Shown: positions 1 to 9,354 of the stretch, one piece after another
Position numbering within the stretch: position 1 is the first letter of the stretch
How the letters are laid out: every line of letters starts with the position of its first letter
From: Candidatus Multivoradales bacterium
Lineage (GTDB): Bacteria; Acidobacteriota; Thermoanaerobaculia; Multivoradales; J023
Reading direction: 5' to 3'
Length of the DNA: 64,000 nucleotides
Assembly: GCA_965248925.1 (NCBI GenBank)
Contig: CBDFLE010000005.1
Location: 1,504,001-1,568,000 of the forward strand
Position numbers and translations under genes: made by a program
Notes under the pieces: generated by a model
The model's database searches: none
The model's input: the letters and a program-made list of their open reading frames with translations, nothing else
Told to the model about the DNA's origin: nothing

Positions 1-964
1 CATGGGTGGCGGCCAGCGCCGCCACCACCTGCGCCGCGTCGGCATCGCTCACCGGTTGATCGGCAGCAACGATCCTCTCGACCACCGGCCGCAACTGCGA
101 GTCGCGCTCCAAGGCGAGAATCATCGGGTAGGTCATTTTGCCTTCCCGCAAGTCGGTGAACAACTCCTTGCCGGTGGTAGCGGCATCGCCGGTGAGGTCG
201 AGCAGGTCATCGATAGCCTGGAAGGCGACGCCGAGGTGCAAGCCATAGTCGCTCAACGCCGCCCGCTGTTCCCCCTCCAACCCACCGGCCAAGGCGCCCG
301 CCGACATTGCCCAGCGGAAGACTGACGCCGTCTTGCCTTCGACCACTCGGAAGTAGGACTCGCGCCCCAACCCGAACCGACCGCGGCTCTCGAGCTGAAT
401 CGACTCGGCGAAGATCATCTCCTCCACGGTGGCGAGGAGTTCGCTCAGCAGGCCCGGCAGACCACAGCGCTCGACCCGGCGCAAAGCTTCGATCAACACC
501 CAATCGCCAGCGAAGACCGAGGCCGCGTTGCTGTGTACCGCCCGCGCCGTCGGCGCGCCGCGGCGCACATCGCTGTGATCGACCACATCGTCGTGCAACA
601 AAGTCGCTGAATGTACCAGCTCTACCGCCACCGCCAGATCCACCACTCGCGGATCGATGCCGCTACCGGCCCTGGCCGCCAGCGCCACGCACATTGGTCG
701 CAGCCTCTTGCCACCGAGGTCTAGCAAATGGCTGGCGGCCCGGCCCACCAACTGCGGGCGGCGCGGGAAGGTGGCCAGCTCGGCCTCGATCGAGGCCATG
801 TCGCGACCGATAAAGTGCGCCAAATCAGCTAGTTTTTCAGCCAGTGCCTCAAGGCCCTGGCCGACACAGATGCCCTCGAGCCGAGCCAGCAGCTCGACCT
901 CCGGCGCCAGCTCTACGGCCGGGACGGACAGCGCGACCGCCTTGGTCTCCACCGCCGCCTTCAC
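1..964 (-). CDS. Polyprenyl diphosphate synthase (IspB/CrtE-type trans-prenyltransferase), 3' end outside the window
   Basis: Not in the ORF track because it has no stop in the window. Manual translation from GTG 964 (GTGA overlap with the regulator's stop) gives GGKRLRP, ELVHSATLLHDDVVD..DVRRG (first DDxxD motif), GKTASVF, AFQAIDDLLD (second motif) and DLREGKMTYP. Confidence 0.92.
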   Translation of the reverse strand, partial: MKAAVETKAVALSVPAVELAPEVELLARLEGICVGQGLEALAEKLADLAHFIGRDMASIEAELATFPRRPQLVGRAASHLLDLGGKRLRPMCVALAARAGSGIDPRVVDLAVAVELVHSATLLHDDVVDHSDVRRGAPTARAVHSNAASVFAGDWVLIEALRRVERCGLPGLLSELLATVEEMIFAESIQLESRGRFGLGRESYFRVVEGKTASVFRWAMSAGALAGGLEGEQRAALSDYGLHLGVAFQAIDDLLDLTGDAATTGKELFTDLREGKMTYPMILALERDSQLRPVVERIVAADQPVSDADAAQVVAALAATH

Positions 965-1551
965 GAGTCTGTCTCCAACTGCATCACCTTCTCCGGTTTC
1001 CGACCCCGATCCGCCCGCGCCGCATTAACCAGCAGCTTGAGCCCCAGCCGACCCACCAAACCACCTTTGAGGAAAACCTCGATCGCCGAATCGGTCAGCT
1101 CGATCAGCGATTCCATAGAACTCAGCCGCTCGCGCAACACCGCCGCCTCGGGCGACGAATCGCCGTCCAAACGCGGAATCCACTCGTGCAAACTCTCCCG
1201 CACCGGATCCCACTCCCGCCGTTTGCGAATCTGCACGATCGACCGGATCACCTTCTCCAGATCTGTCGCCGGGCGGAAAACCACCTTGCGCGAACCCGGA
1301 ATCTTCTCAGGAAACACCAGGCCCCACTGGCGCAAATCGCGGCAAGCCATCGACACCGCGCCCCGGCTCATCTCCAACCCGGCCATGATCGCATCGCTGT
1401 CAGCCGGCTCGGCCCGCGACAGCAGCCAGGCGAAGACCCGTGCAGTAGCCGGCGAGATCCCCCAGAATGTGCCCATCGCTCCCCACAGCTGAACAAAAGC
1501 CTGCTGCACTTGCGCCAGTTCACTCTCCGGCGGTTGATCGTCTCTAATCAT
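961..1551 (-). CDS. GbsR/MarR-family winged-helix transcriptional regulator
   Basis: 196 aa. FVQLWGAMGTFWGISPATARVFAWLL...GLEMSRGAVSMACRDLRQWGLV...PGSRK matches the GbsR-type MarR pattern. Translationally coupled to the prenyltransferase. Confidence 0.85.
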   Translation of the reverse strand: MIRDDQPPESELAQVQQAFVQLWGAMGTFWGISPATARVFAWLLSRAEPADSDAIMAGLEMSRGAVSMACRDLRQWGLVFPEKIPGSRKVVFRPATDLEKVIRSIVQIRKRREWDPVRESLHEWIPRLDGDSSPEAAVLRERLSSMESLIELTDSAIEVFLKGGLVGRLGLKLLVNAARADRGRKPEKVMQLETDS

Positions 1552-1582
1552 CGCCCAGGAGGGTACAACTACCGCCTCAAGA

Positions 1583-1612
1583 TTTCAAGTTTTTTTGAAA
1601 GTTCTGGAACTT
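1583..1612. promoter_or_regulatory. Two adjacent AT-rich palindromes, candidate operator for the GbsR/MarR regulator
   Basis: TTTCAA-N6-TTGAAA (1583-1600) and AAGTTC-TG-GAACTT (1599-1612), 32-61 bp upstream of the regulator start codon. The operator role is inferred. Confidence 0.5.
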
Positions 1613-1755
1613 CGCGCCAGTCAAGTTCCGATGGGCGAACCGACCGACACAGAATAGGGCATTGTCGACCCGCCGCCAAATCGGCACCCGCGAGGCCTCC
1701 GAGGGCCTGGGGAGCAGAGTTGAACCGAGTATCGAGATCGGTTAAATTGCCGTTG

Positions 1756-1785
1756 CTTGACAAGGCACCTCCAAGATACTCCTAT
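1756..1785 (+). promoter_or_regulatory. Possible htpG promoter
   Basis: CTTGACA (1756-1762), a 16-nt spacer, then CTCCTAT (1779-1785). This loosely resembles a heat-shock CTTGAAA...CCCCAT promoter and lies ~50 bp upstream of the ATG. Confidence 0.35.
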
Positions 1786-1837
1786 CACCATGCCGAAATC
1801 GCCCGCCCGGGCGCCCCAACCCAGTCGAGGATTGACC

Positions 1838-3970
1838 ATGGCCAAGAAAGTCGACCCGCAGAAAAGCGAATCAAAAGACAGCAAGGAAGTCGCTAAGAAT
1901 AAGCCAAAGCCCGCCGCCAAGGCTGCCAAGACCCCAACCGCAAAGACCACGCCGGCAAAGACCACGCCGGCAAAGACCAGAATGTCCGGCTCCAAAACCG
2001 CCAGTCCCCCCAAGGCCGCCAAGACCGAGACCCATACTTTTCAAACCGAAGCCAAGCAACTGCTGGATTTGATGATCCACTCCCTTTACACGCAGAAAGA
2101 GATCTTTCTGCGTGAGCTGATCTCGAATGCTTCAGACGCTCTCGACCACCTGCGCTTCGAGGCCCTGACTCGTGATGATTTGGAACTTGGCGACGCCGAA
2201 CTGGTGATTCGCTTGGAACCCGACGCCGAGGCCCGCACCCTGACCATCCACGACAATGGCATCGGCATGAGCAGCGACGAGGTGAAAGCCAATATCGGCA
2301 CGATCGCCCGGTCAGGCAGCCGCGAGCTGATGGAGCGGATCAAGAAAGAGCCCGCTGGCGAAGCAGTCAAGGAGCTGATCGGCCAGTTCGGCGTCGGCTT
2401 TTACTCCGCCTTCATGGTTGCTGACAAGGTATCGCTGGTCACTCGCCGGGCCGACCAGGACACGGCCACCTTCTGGAGTTCGACCGGCGACGGCGAGTAT
2501 CAGCTGGGAGCCGGCCAACGAGCTGGCCGTGGTACCTCGATCACTTTGCACCTGAAGCCCGAGGACCGCGATGGCGGGCTTGAGGACTTTGCCGACAATT
2601 GGGTGCTACGCCGAGTCGTCAAGCGCTACTCCGACTTCGTCGCTTACCCGATCAAGATGTGCGAAGAGCGCGAGGAAACCGAGACCGACGCGGCCGGCCA
2701 GCCGGTCAAGGACGCGCCCAAGAGTACAGTTGTCGAGGACAAGACCCTCAATTCACAGAAGCCGATCTGGACCCGGCCGCAGTCCGAGGTCGAAGACAAG
2801 GACTATACCGAGTTTTACAAACACATCTCCAGCGATTGGAACGAACCCCTGGAGCGGTTGAGCCTGTCTGCCGAGGGCCGCATCGAGTACCAAGCGCTGC
2901 TCTTCATCCCTTCAGAAGCGCCTTACGATCTCTACTACCACGCCTATGAGTTCGGTCTGCGGCTCTATGTTCGCCAGGTGATGGTGATGGAGCGCTGCGA
3001 AGACCTGCTGCCCCGCTACCTGCGCTTCGTCCGTGGAGTGGTCGATTCGGCCGACCTACCGCTCAACATCTCCCGTCAGCGGTTGCAAGAAGATCGCCAC
3101 ATTGGCCAGATCCGCAAGTGGTTGACCAAGAAGCTGCTCGACACTTTCGCCACCCTACAAAAAGATAAAGAAGAGCAGTATCTGAAGCTCTGGGAGCACT
3201 TTGGCAAGGCGCTCAAAGAAGGCCTGAGTTCGGACTTCGACAACAAGGAAAAGCTGCTAGAGCTAGTCTTGTTCGAGTCCTCCAACGATCGCGAAAAGCT
3301 AACCACCCTGGGCGGCTACGTCAGCCGCATGCAAGAGGGCCAAGACGAGATCTTCTACCTCACCGGCGAGTCTCGCGCCGTGGTCGAAAGTTCACCCCAC
3401 CTGGAGGCTTTCCAAGACAAAGGCATCGAGGTGCTCTATCTGGTCGACACCGTCGACGAGCTGCTGGTGCAACACCTAATGGAGCACGATGGCAAGCGTC
3501 TCAAGTCGGTCGGCAAAGGTACCGTCGAGCTCGGCTCGGATGAAGAGAAAGAAGCCACCAAGAAAGCGTTGGAAGAGAAAGAGACCGAACTCAAGGATAT
3601 GCTTGAGTCGTTCCAGAAACGTCTCGACGACGAGATCAAGGTAGTACGCTTGTCGAGCCGCCTGACCGCCTCCCCGGCCTGCCTGGTGGGCGCCGAGCAC
3701 GATTACAGCCCGCAGATGGAACGCCTGCTACAGAAAGGCCAAGGCGGCGGCCCGAAGCAGCGCCGCATCTTGGAGCTAAACCCCGAACACGCCCTGGTCC
3801 AGGAACTACAAAAACGTTTCGCCGCCAACGCTGAAGATCCGCTGGTGGGCGACTACGCCGAACTGCTGATGGGCTATGCGCTGCTTGCTGAAGGCTCCGA
3901 GATCGTCGATCCGGTACGCTTCAACAAGTTGATGGTGGAGGCTCTAGGGCGGGGGTTGAGCGGCAGCTAG
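1838..3970 (+). CDS. htpG: Molecular chaperone HtpG (Hsp90) with N-terminal low-complexity extension
   Basis: FQTEAKQLLDLMIHSLYTQKEIFLRELISNASDA, DNGIGM, IGQFGVGFYSAFMV, DLPLNISR and ILELNPEH. Start placed at ATG 1838, with GAGG at 1827-1830. Confidence 0.97.
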   Translation: MAKKVDPQKSESKDSKEVAKNKPKPAAKAAKTPTAKTTPAKTTPAKTRMSGSKTASPPKAAKTETHTFQTEAKQLLDLMIHSLYTQKEIFLRELISNASDALDHLRFEALTRDDLELGDAELVIRLEPDAEARTLTIHDNGIGMSSDEVKANIGTIARSGSRELMERIKKEPAGEAVKELIGQFGVGFYSAFMVADKVSLVTRRADQDTATFWSSTGDGEYQLGAGQRAGRGTSITLHLKPEDRDGGLEDFADNWVLRRVVKRYSDFVAYPIKMCEEREETETDAAGQPVKDAPKSTVVEDKTLNSQKPIWTRPQSEVEDKDYTEFYKHISSDWNEPLERLSLSAEGRIEYQALLFIPSEAPYDLYYHAYEFGLRLYVRQVMVMERCEDLLPRYLRFVRGVVDSADLPLNISRQRLQEDRHIGQIRKWLTKKLLDTFATLQKDKEEQYLKLWEHFGKALKEGLSSDFDNKEKLLELVLFESSNDREKLTTLGGYVSRMQEGQDEIFYLTGESRAVVESSPHLEAFQDKGIEVLYLVDTVDELLVQHLMEHDGKRLKSVGKGTVELGSDEEKEATKKALEEKETELKDMLESFQKRLDDEIKVVRLSSRLTASPACLVGAEHDYSPQMERLLQKGQGGGPKQRRILELNPEHALVQELQKRFAANAEDPLVGDYAELLMGYALLAEGSEIVDPVRFNKLMVEALGRGLSGS
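1940..1979 (+). repeat. 15-bp tandem repeat (2.7 copies) encoding AKTTP-AKTTP-AKT in the HtpG N-terminal tail
   Basis: GCAAAGACCACGCCG at 1940-1954 and 1955-1969, plus GCAAAGACCA at 1970-1979. Confidence 0.9.
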
Positions 3971-3999
3971 CTTGCTGCCCGCACCTGCTCCAGCCTCTT

Positions 4000-4022
4000 C
4001 GTCCGCCCTCCTCGGGCGGACG
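4000..4022. terminator. GC-rich hairpin between the convergent htpG and ADOP genes; possible terminator
   Basis: CGTCCGCCC-TCCTC-GGGCGGACG, a perfect 9-bp stem. No strong U-tract on either side. Confidence 0.45.
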
Positions 4023-4066
4023 GTATTCTCTAACACGGGATGTCAATCCCTTGCGACTGTAAGCGG

Positions 4067-6487
4067 TCACTTCTCATCCAGCAGCAGAGTGGGCTTCAAG
4101 CGCGCTACTCTCCGAGCCGGCAAAAACGACGCCAAGATACCCATCGCCAGGAGTAAGACCGCCCCCAGGAAAAATGCCGGGCCGTCGAGAGCACTAATGC
4201 CGTGAATCCAACCCTTCAAAAGACGGGTGACCGCCAAAGCCCCAAAGACGCCAAAAACTACACCCATGACAGCAAGCCACGCGCCTTCCCTAAAGACCAA
4301 GCTGACAACATCGCGCCGCGAGGCGCCAAAGGCCATTCGCACACCCATCTCGTGCCTTCGCAACGACACCGAGTACGACATCACGCCATAGATCCCAGCC
4401 AATGCCAAAATCACGGCAACCAAAGCAAACCGCCCCAGCAACTGAGCCATGATTCCCGTACCCGCAATATCATCCTGTAGAATCTCTTCCAAGGCCTTCA
4501 CTTCGTAGATCGGAATACCAGCTTGCGCGCCAGCAACCGCCGCTTGCACCGCGGTCGCCAAGCTCATTGGATCGCCCGACATGCTACGCACTGCGAAGGT
4601 CATATCCGTAGGCACTTCAGTGCGCTGCTGGTAGCTGAAGAAGATCGTCGGCAACACCGGATCCTCGAGCCCGCCTTGTTGGAAATCTGCCACCACACCG
4701 ACAACCCGCCAAGAATCCCCACCGAGGGTCAGCTGCAGCAGCAGAGGATCCTTGCCGCCGAAACTCAGTCTGGCCAAAGACTGGTTGACCACCACCGCTC
4801 TTTCGCCGGCAAAGGAATCTTGCGCCTCAATAGGACGGCCGTTGACTATCGGCGCTCTCAGCACTGAGAAGTAGTCCGGGCTAACAGTTAGGAAATCTGC
4901 GATCGGCTCACGGCCCGCCTGGGGCAATTCCCGGCCAGCTACAGCGTACCTGATTGCCGCCGCTGACTCGCCGGGCATGGCGTCGGCAAAAGCAAAGCCC
5001 TCAACTCCAGGAAGAACGCCAACACTATCGAGAATACTCTCATAGCGCCGCGAAAGAACCTCTCGGCGATCTTCTGGAGATTGGAGGCGCGCCGCATCCG
5101 ACATCGAAGTCTTGAAGGTCAAGATCCCCTCTGCCTCGAATCCAGGATAGGTCGTCTGGAGATACTGGAAGCTCCTGATCAAGAGCAAGGCCGCAACCAG
5201 CAGCACAAAAGACATGGTCATCTCTGCAACGACAAAGGCGCGCCGCAGCCACTTCTTCCGCCGGCTACCTTGCGATCGGCTATCTTGTTCCTTAACTAGA
5301 CCCGCCAGGTTCGGAGATCGCAGGAGTAGAACCGGAGCGAGGCCAAAAAAAGCGCCAGCGGAGAGCGACAACAGCACGGTAAAGAGCAAGATTCGGCCAT
5401 CCATGACGACGTTCTCCAACCGAGGAATGTCTGCCGGTACCACCGATTGGAGGTACTGCGTCCCCCAGCTTCCAAATACCAGCCCCAGCACGCCGCCCAT
5501 CACACATAACATCAGAGCCTCGCTCAAGGACAACCGAATCAACTCTCCTCGACCAGCCCCCAAAGACGTTCGCAGAGCAAACTCCTGCTGTTGGTCCACT
5601 GCCCGAGCCAACAACATACTAGAGATGTTGAAAACCGCGATCAGATGCACCGCCAGAACGGCAAGAATGAAGATCATTGCCACCAGATGAAAGTCCTCGC
5701 CGTAGATCTCCTGGTACAGGGAAAGTAGCCGGAACCCCCGATGTTCGTTGCTTCCAGGATAGGCCGCGGCGAGCCGCCCGGCGATACTCTTGAGTTCCTC
5801 GGCAACCTCCTCCTGACCACTATCTGGATGCAATCGGGCTATCACCGTCAGGGATTCTAGCTGTCGGTTATTGCGCTCTTCTTCACTCAAGTCGAGCGGA
5901 ACCCAGATCGCAGCATCGCGGGAAAGCACCTGGAATTCCGCAGGGATAACACCCACAACCTCATAGGCCGATCCATCGAGGTCTATGGTCAGGCCGGCCA
6001 GGCTGGAGGAACCCATCTGACTCTTCCAAAAACTCTCGCTCAGCATCGCCAAACGCTGTTTGGATCGCTCCTCCGCGCTGCTGAAGGTCCTACCGCGTAG
6101 CGCGTTGACATCGAATAGCGAAAAGAAGCTGGCACTCACCTCCAAACCCTTGACCCGCAGAGTCTGATCGCCGCCAACCAGATTGAATCCTCGCCCTCTC
6201 AAGGCGGTAGCCTCGAACCCCTGCGCTTGCTCGTCCAAATCAAGAAAGTCAAGCCAAGTCAGGGGGGAACGGTCCCAGTCGTAGTAGTCGTCGGTACCAT
6301 ATATGCGGTACAAGCTGGACGGATTTTCAAAGGGCAGTGGGTCGAGGACAAGTGGATCGAGAATGCTGAAGACCGCAGTGCTGGCACCGATACCGACAGC
6401 CAACACAAGAACAGCAATGGCGGCAAAGGCAGGATCCTTACGGAGCCTCCGTAGTGAGTATCGAAGATCTTGACCCAACGACATCAT
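4067..6487 (-). CDS. ADOP-type (acidobacterial duplicated orphan permease) MacB/FtsX-domain ABC permease
   Basis: 806 aa. QDLRYSLRRLRKDPAFAAIAVLVLAVGIGASTAVFS, a duplicated periplasmic plus FtsX layout, GIYGVMSYSVSLRRHEMGVRMAFGA and C-terminal LPARRVARLKP. RBS AAGGAG. Confidence 0.9.
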   Translation of the reverse strand: MMSLGQDLRYSLRRLRKDPAFAAIAVLVLAVGIGASTAVFSILDPLVLDPLPFENPSSLYRIYGTDDYYDWDRSPLTWLDFLDLDEQAQGFEATALRGRGFNLVGGDQTLRVKGLEVSASFFSLFDVNALRGRTFSSAEERSKQRLAMLSESFWKSQMGSSSLAGLTIDLDGSAYEVVGVIPAEFQVLSRDAAIWVPLDLSEEERNNRQLESLTVIARLHPDSGQEEVAEELKSIAGRLAAAYPGSNEHRGFRLLSLYQEIYGEDFHLVAMIFILAVLAVHLIAVFNISSMLLARAVDQQQEFALRTSLGAGRGELIRLSLSEALMLCVMGGVLGLVFGSWGTQYLQSVVPADIPRLENVVMDGRILLFTVLLSLSAGAFFGLAPVLLLRSPNLAGLVKEQDSRSQGSRRKKWLRRAFVVAEMTMSFVLLVAALLLIRSFQYLQTTYPGFEAEGILTFKTSMSDAARLQSPEDRREVLSRRYESILDSVGVLPGVEGFAFADAMPGESAAAIRYAVAGRELPQAGREPIADFLTVSPDYFSVLRAPIVNGRPIEAQDSFAGERAVVVNQSLARLSFGGKDPLLLQLTLGGDSWRVVGVVADFQQGGLEDPVLPTIFFSYQQRTEVPTDMTFAVRSMSGDPMSLATAVQAAVAGAQAGIPIYEVKALEEILQDDIAGTGIMAQLLGRFALVAVILALAGIYGVMSYSVSLRRHEMGVRMAFGASRRDVVSLVFREGAWLAVMGVVFGVFGALAVTRLLKGWIHGISALDGPAFFLGAVLLLAMGILASFLPARRVARLKPTLLLDEK

Positions 6488-6532
6488 GGCTTCTCCTTGT
6501 TGCGGTGCAAAACTCAGCTGCTGCTCGACAGG

Positions 6533-7579
6533 CTACACAGACCCGGGCAACGACCTCAAGAACTCTAGGACCTCTGGAACAGTAATACCGGTTCGTTCCG
6601 CCAACAGCTGATGAGTACTGTCGATGTGTTCGGCCAACTTGATCATTTCTGTGACGAAATCGTCCCGCTCTTTGAGCCGGGAGACGAAAAACTCCGGGGA
6701 ACCGACGATGAAGAGTAGCCGGATCAGGCCAGTGAGCACCTCAAAATAGTCGAACCCCTCGAGAAGAATGCCACCTTGGCGCGAGTACTCCGCGAAGATT
6801 GTCGCCCGCAGAGACTCCTCGTACGCACCCACTAGCAGCATGGTCCAGGCAAGGTCTTTCCGCGGATCACCAATCGTGGCGCCTCCCCAGTCGATGATAA
6901 CCGGAGGACCTGCGGCAGGTAGCAACACGTTACCAGGGTGAAAATCTCCGTGCACGATTCCCGGATGCTCGCAAGGAACGTCTTTGAGTCTTACTCCTAG
7001 CCAATTCCATACCGGTACGAATCCAGGCATGGCCAGTCTCTTTATATCGTTCAGTAAAGAAGGCATCAGCCCCAACAGATAGCCATAGGGGTCGCTTTCC
7101 TCCCACTGCATGAGCTCCTCCCTTGCCGCTTCCCACTCCGTTTGATGGATAGAGACGAACTCCTTACAGAACAATGACAGCAATTGCTCCTTGCCTTCCT
7201 CTGAAGCTGCATAGTAGGCAGCCTTCAGGGTTGTGCCATCCACTCTTTCCATCAAGATGACGGGGCGGGAAAACACCGAATCCGCCGTGCCGAGGGAGAT
7301 GGGTCTCGCAACCTGGAGACCAGCTTGTCTGACTGCAGAAGTGGTCTCGAACTCATTTCGTGCCATCTCGTCGGACTTGCCAACAAAGAGCTTGAGTACA
7401 TAGTGACTGACAGCCCGCTTTTTGCCACTGCCGGCTTCTACAGCGAATGAATAGATATCAGCTTCCATCCCGACAAACAGTTTCTCGAGATCATAGACCC
7501 GGCTGTTAGCACTGACCTTGAGGACGGTGCGCGCCAAGTCGGCAACCCCCTCTTGAATTGCTCGTTCTATAGCCACCAC
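6533..7579 (-). CDS. Aminoglycoside phosphotransferase (APH)-family kinase
   Basis: 348 aa. VLKLF lysine, Brenner motif HGDFHPGNV, IIDWGG and GDPRKDLA. GTG start with RBS AAGGGA, 14 bp after the exporter stop. Confidence 0.85.
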   Translation of the reverse strand: MVAIERAIQEGVADLARTVLKVSANSRVYDLEKLFVGMEADIYSFAVEAGSGKKRAVSHYVLKLFVGKSDEMARNEFETTSAVRQAGLQVARPISLGTADSVFSRPVILMERVDGTTLKAAYYAASEEGKEQLLSLFCKEFVSIHQTEWEAAREELMQWEESDPYGYLLGLMPSLLNDIKRLAMPGFVPVWNWLGVRLKDVPCEHPGIVHGDFHPGNVLLPAAGPPVIIDWGGATIGDPRKDLAWTMLLVGAYEESLRATIFAEYSRQGGILLEGFDYFEVLTGLIRLLFIVGSPEFFVSRLKERDDFVTEMIKLAEHIDSTHQLLAERTGITVPEVLEFLRSLPGSV

Positions 7580-7593
7580 GTTTCCCTTTCAAG

Positions 7594-9321
7594 TCAGACA
7601 GTACCGGCCTCCAGGCCACTTCGGTCCAAGCTAGGCAAATCCTCCACGTCACTCCTTCGAGCTACGGCAGCCCCTTGACTGATCGTATCTGAGACTAACT
7701 TGCCGTCTTCCAGCTTCACCATCCGATCACCCAAATGGTAGTAACGATCGTCGTGGCTAATTACGATGATTGTCTTACCCGCAGCCCTCAGATCTTGTAG
7801 CAGGTTCAGATAGAAGAACTCTTTGAACTGCGGATCCTGGTCAGCAGCCCACTCGTCAAAAATGTAAATCGGCCGATCTTCGAGATAGGCAGTCAACAGC
7901 ACTAGCCGCTTTCGCTGACCCTGAGAGAGCTTGACGGTGGAGAACCGACCGTCCTTGATCTCCACCTTATGATCCAACTGCAACTTTGCTAAATACTCGC
8001 GACAACGCTCGCTGGATGACTCGGTTTCTAAGCCCGCCAATCTTTCAAAGATGAAAAAATCTGAAAAAGTAACTGTGAACAGCTGTCGATACTGTTCGAT
8101 AGTATCCTCAGAGACAACCTTTCCACCGATCAGGACTTGACCGCTCTCGGGTCGGTAAAGGCCCGCCACAATCTTCGCCAAAGTAGTCTTGCCACTGCCA
8201 TTGCCGCCGATAACGAACAAGATCTCGCCTGGGTTCACTGTCAGATCAATCGGCCCAAGAGTAAAGTTATCGCCCTCCCTTTCGTGGTAGTAGTTGTGGG
8301 TGACTCCATCCAGACGAATGTCGCCAAACTCGCTCGCTCCGTTTCCCCTCAACGCCAGGGACGATGGCGGAAGTTCTAGTTCAAAGTTTCTCCGGAAACT
8401 GTTCAGATTAAGCCCGTAACCCTCGATCTTCTTCATCGACACCTTGGCATTGGCGAGTTCCGGAATCACATCCAGTATCTTGAGCACTGATTCTTTGGCG
8501 TACAGCAGCGTTAAAGTGAAAGCCGTCAACACACTTACTTCCAGATCAATAAAGCTGGCTGCGCCATAGAGCACGAAGCCGATGAATAAAAGAAACGATA
8601 TTTTTCCCCAACTCTTGACCAGATTGTAAGCATGGTGACCAGCGAAAGCCAGTCGCCGGTAGTTCTTGGCTGAACCCATGAGATCTTGAGAGAGAAAGCT
8701 TTGTCGACGCACCGCGTGGAGCTTCAGCTCCTTGAATCCACCGGAGATAGCCTTGAAGTTGTCGACCAGATCGTCCCAGTGCTCACGCGCCCGCCCCAAC
8801 AACCTCTCGGCTCTCTTCATTGGCACTTTGTAGGTCATGTAGAGCAAAATCATGAAAACCAGGAGGACCGCCACCGTGATGGGCGCGAGCAGATACAGGT
8901 AGACCAGGCACCCAGTGACAATGGCGATACTGACCATCAACTCAGGAATCTTGAGCAGAGTTCCACCGATAGCCGCGACATCCTGAGTCAGTACGGCGAA
9001 GACCCTGCTTTCGCCGATCTTCTCGTAGTCACGGCAGGGCAGCGCCAGGATCTGCTGGCAGAGGCTGACCCGCAAGTCAAATCCAGACCGACTGGTGAGG
9101 TAAAGGGTGGTGATACGCGACGCATAGCCGGTCAGAAAAACCAGCCCCAGAAGAAGGAAGAAACTCCAAGCGTTTGCTGGAACCCAGGCATCGTCAGCAC
9201 CAAGTTCAGCACTGATCAAACCCAGCAGTGCTGCATTGCTGGCGCCACCGAGCACGCTCAGAACGCCGATCAAGGCGAACAGTGGGGGAGAGTATCGAGC
9301 CAACATGAGCAGAAATTTCAC
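7594..9321 (-). CDS. Cyclic peptide export ABC transporter (SyrD/PvdE family, fused TMD+NBD)
   Basis: GFKELKLH, FTLGPIDL, Walker A GGNGSGKTT, signature LSQGQRKRL, FDEWAADQDPQFK and ISHDDRY. Start placed at GTG 9321, 7 nt after AAGGAG. Confidence 0.93.
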   Translation of the reverse strand: MKFLLMLARYSPPLFALIGVLSVLGGASNAALLGLISAELGADDAWVPANAWSFFLLLGLVFLTGYASRITTLYLTSRSGFDLRVSLCQQILALPCRDYEKIGESRVFAVLTQDVAAIGGTLLKIPELMVSIAIVTGCLVYLYLLAPITVAVLLVFMILLYMTYKVPMKRAERLLGRAREHWDDLVDNFKAISGGFKELKLHAVRRQSFLSQDLMGSAKNYRRLAFAGHHAYNLVKSWGKISFLLFIGFVLYGAASFIDLEVSVLTAFTLTLLYAKESVLKILDVIPELANAKVSMKKIEGYGLNLNSFRRNFELELPPSSLALRGNGASEFGDIRLDGVTHNYYHEREGDNFTLGPIDLTVNPGEILFVIGGNGSGKTTLAKIVAGLYRPESGQVLIGGKVVSEDTIEQYRQLFTVTFSDFFIFERLAGLETESSSERCREYLAKLQLDHKVEIKDGRFSTVKLSQGQRKRLVLLTAYLEDRPIYIFDEWAADQDPQFKEFFYLNLLQDLRAAGKTIIVISHDDRYYHLGDRMVKLEDGKLVSDTISQGAAVARRSDVEDLPSLDRSGLEAGTV

Positions 9322-9354
9322 GACCAAGCTCCTTCTACCGGTTGTTCTTGTTGT

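Noticed and set aside
1757-1837. ORF-track TTG start of htpG at 1757
   Set aside because: It coincides with the TTGACA box and has no RBS; ATG 1838 has GAGG.
2-1896. Plus-strand ORFs 2-325, 307-813, 657-1028 and 844-1896
   Set aside because: Antisense shadows of the prenyltransferase and regulator, with no recognisable motifs.
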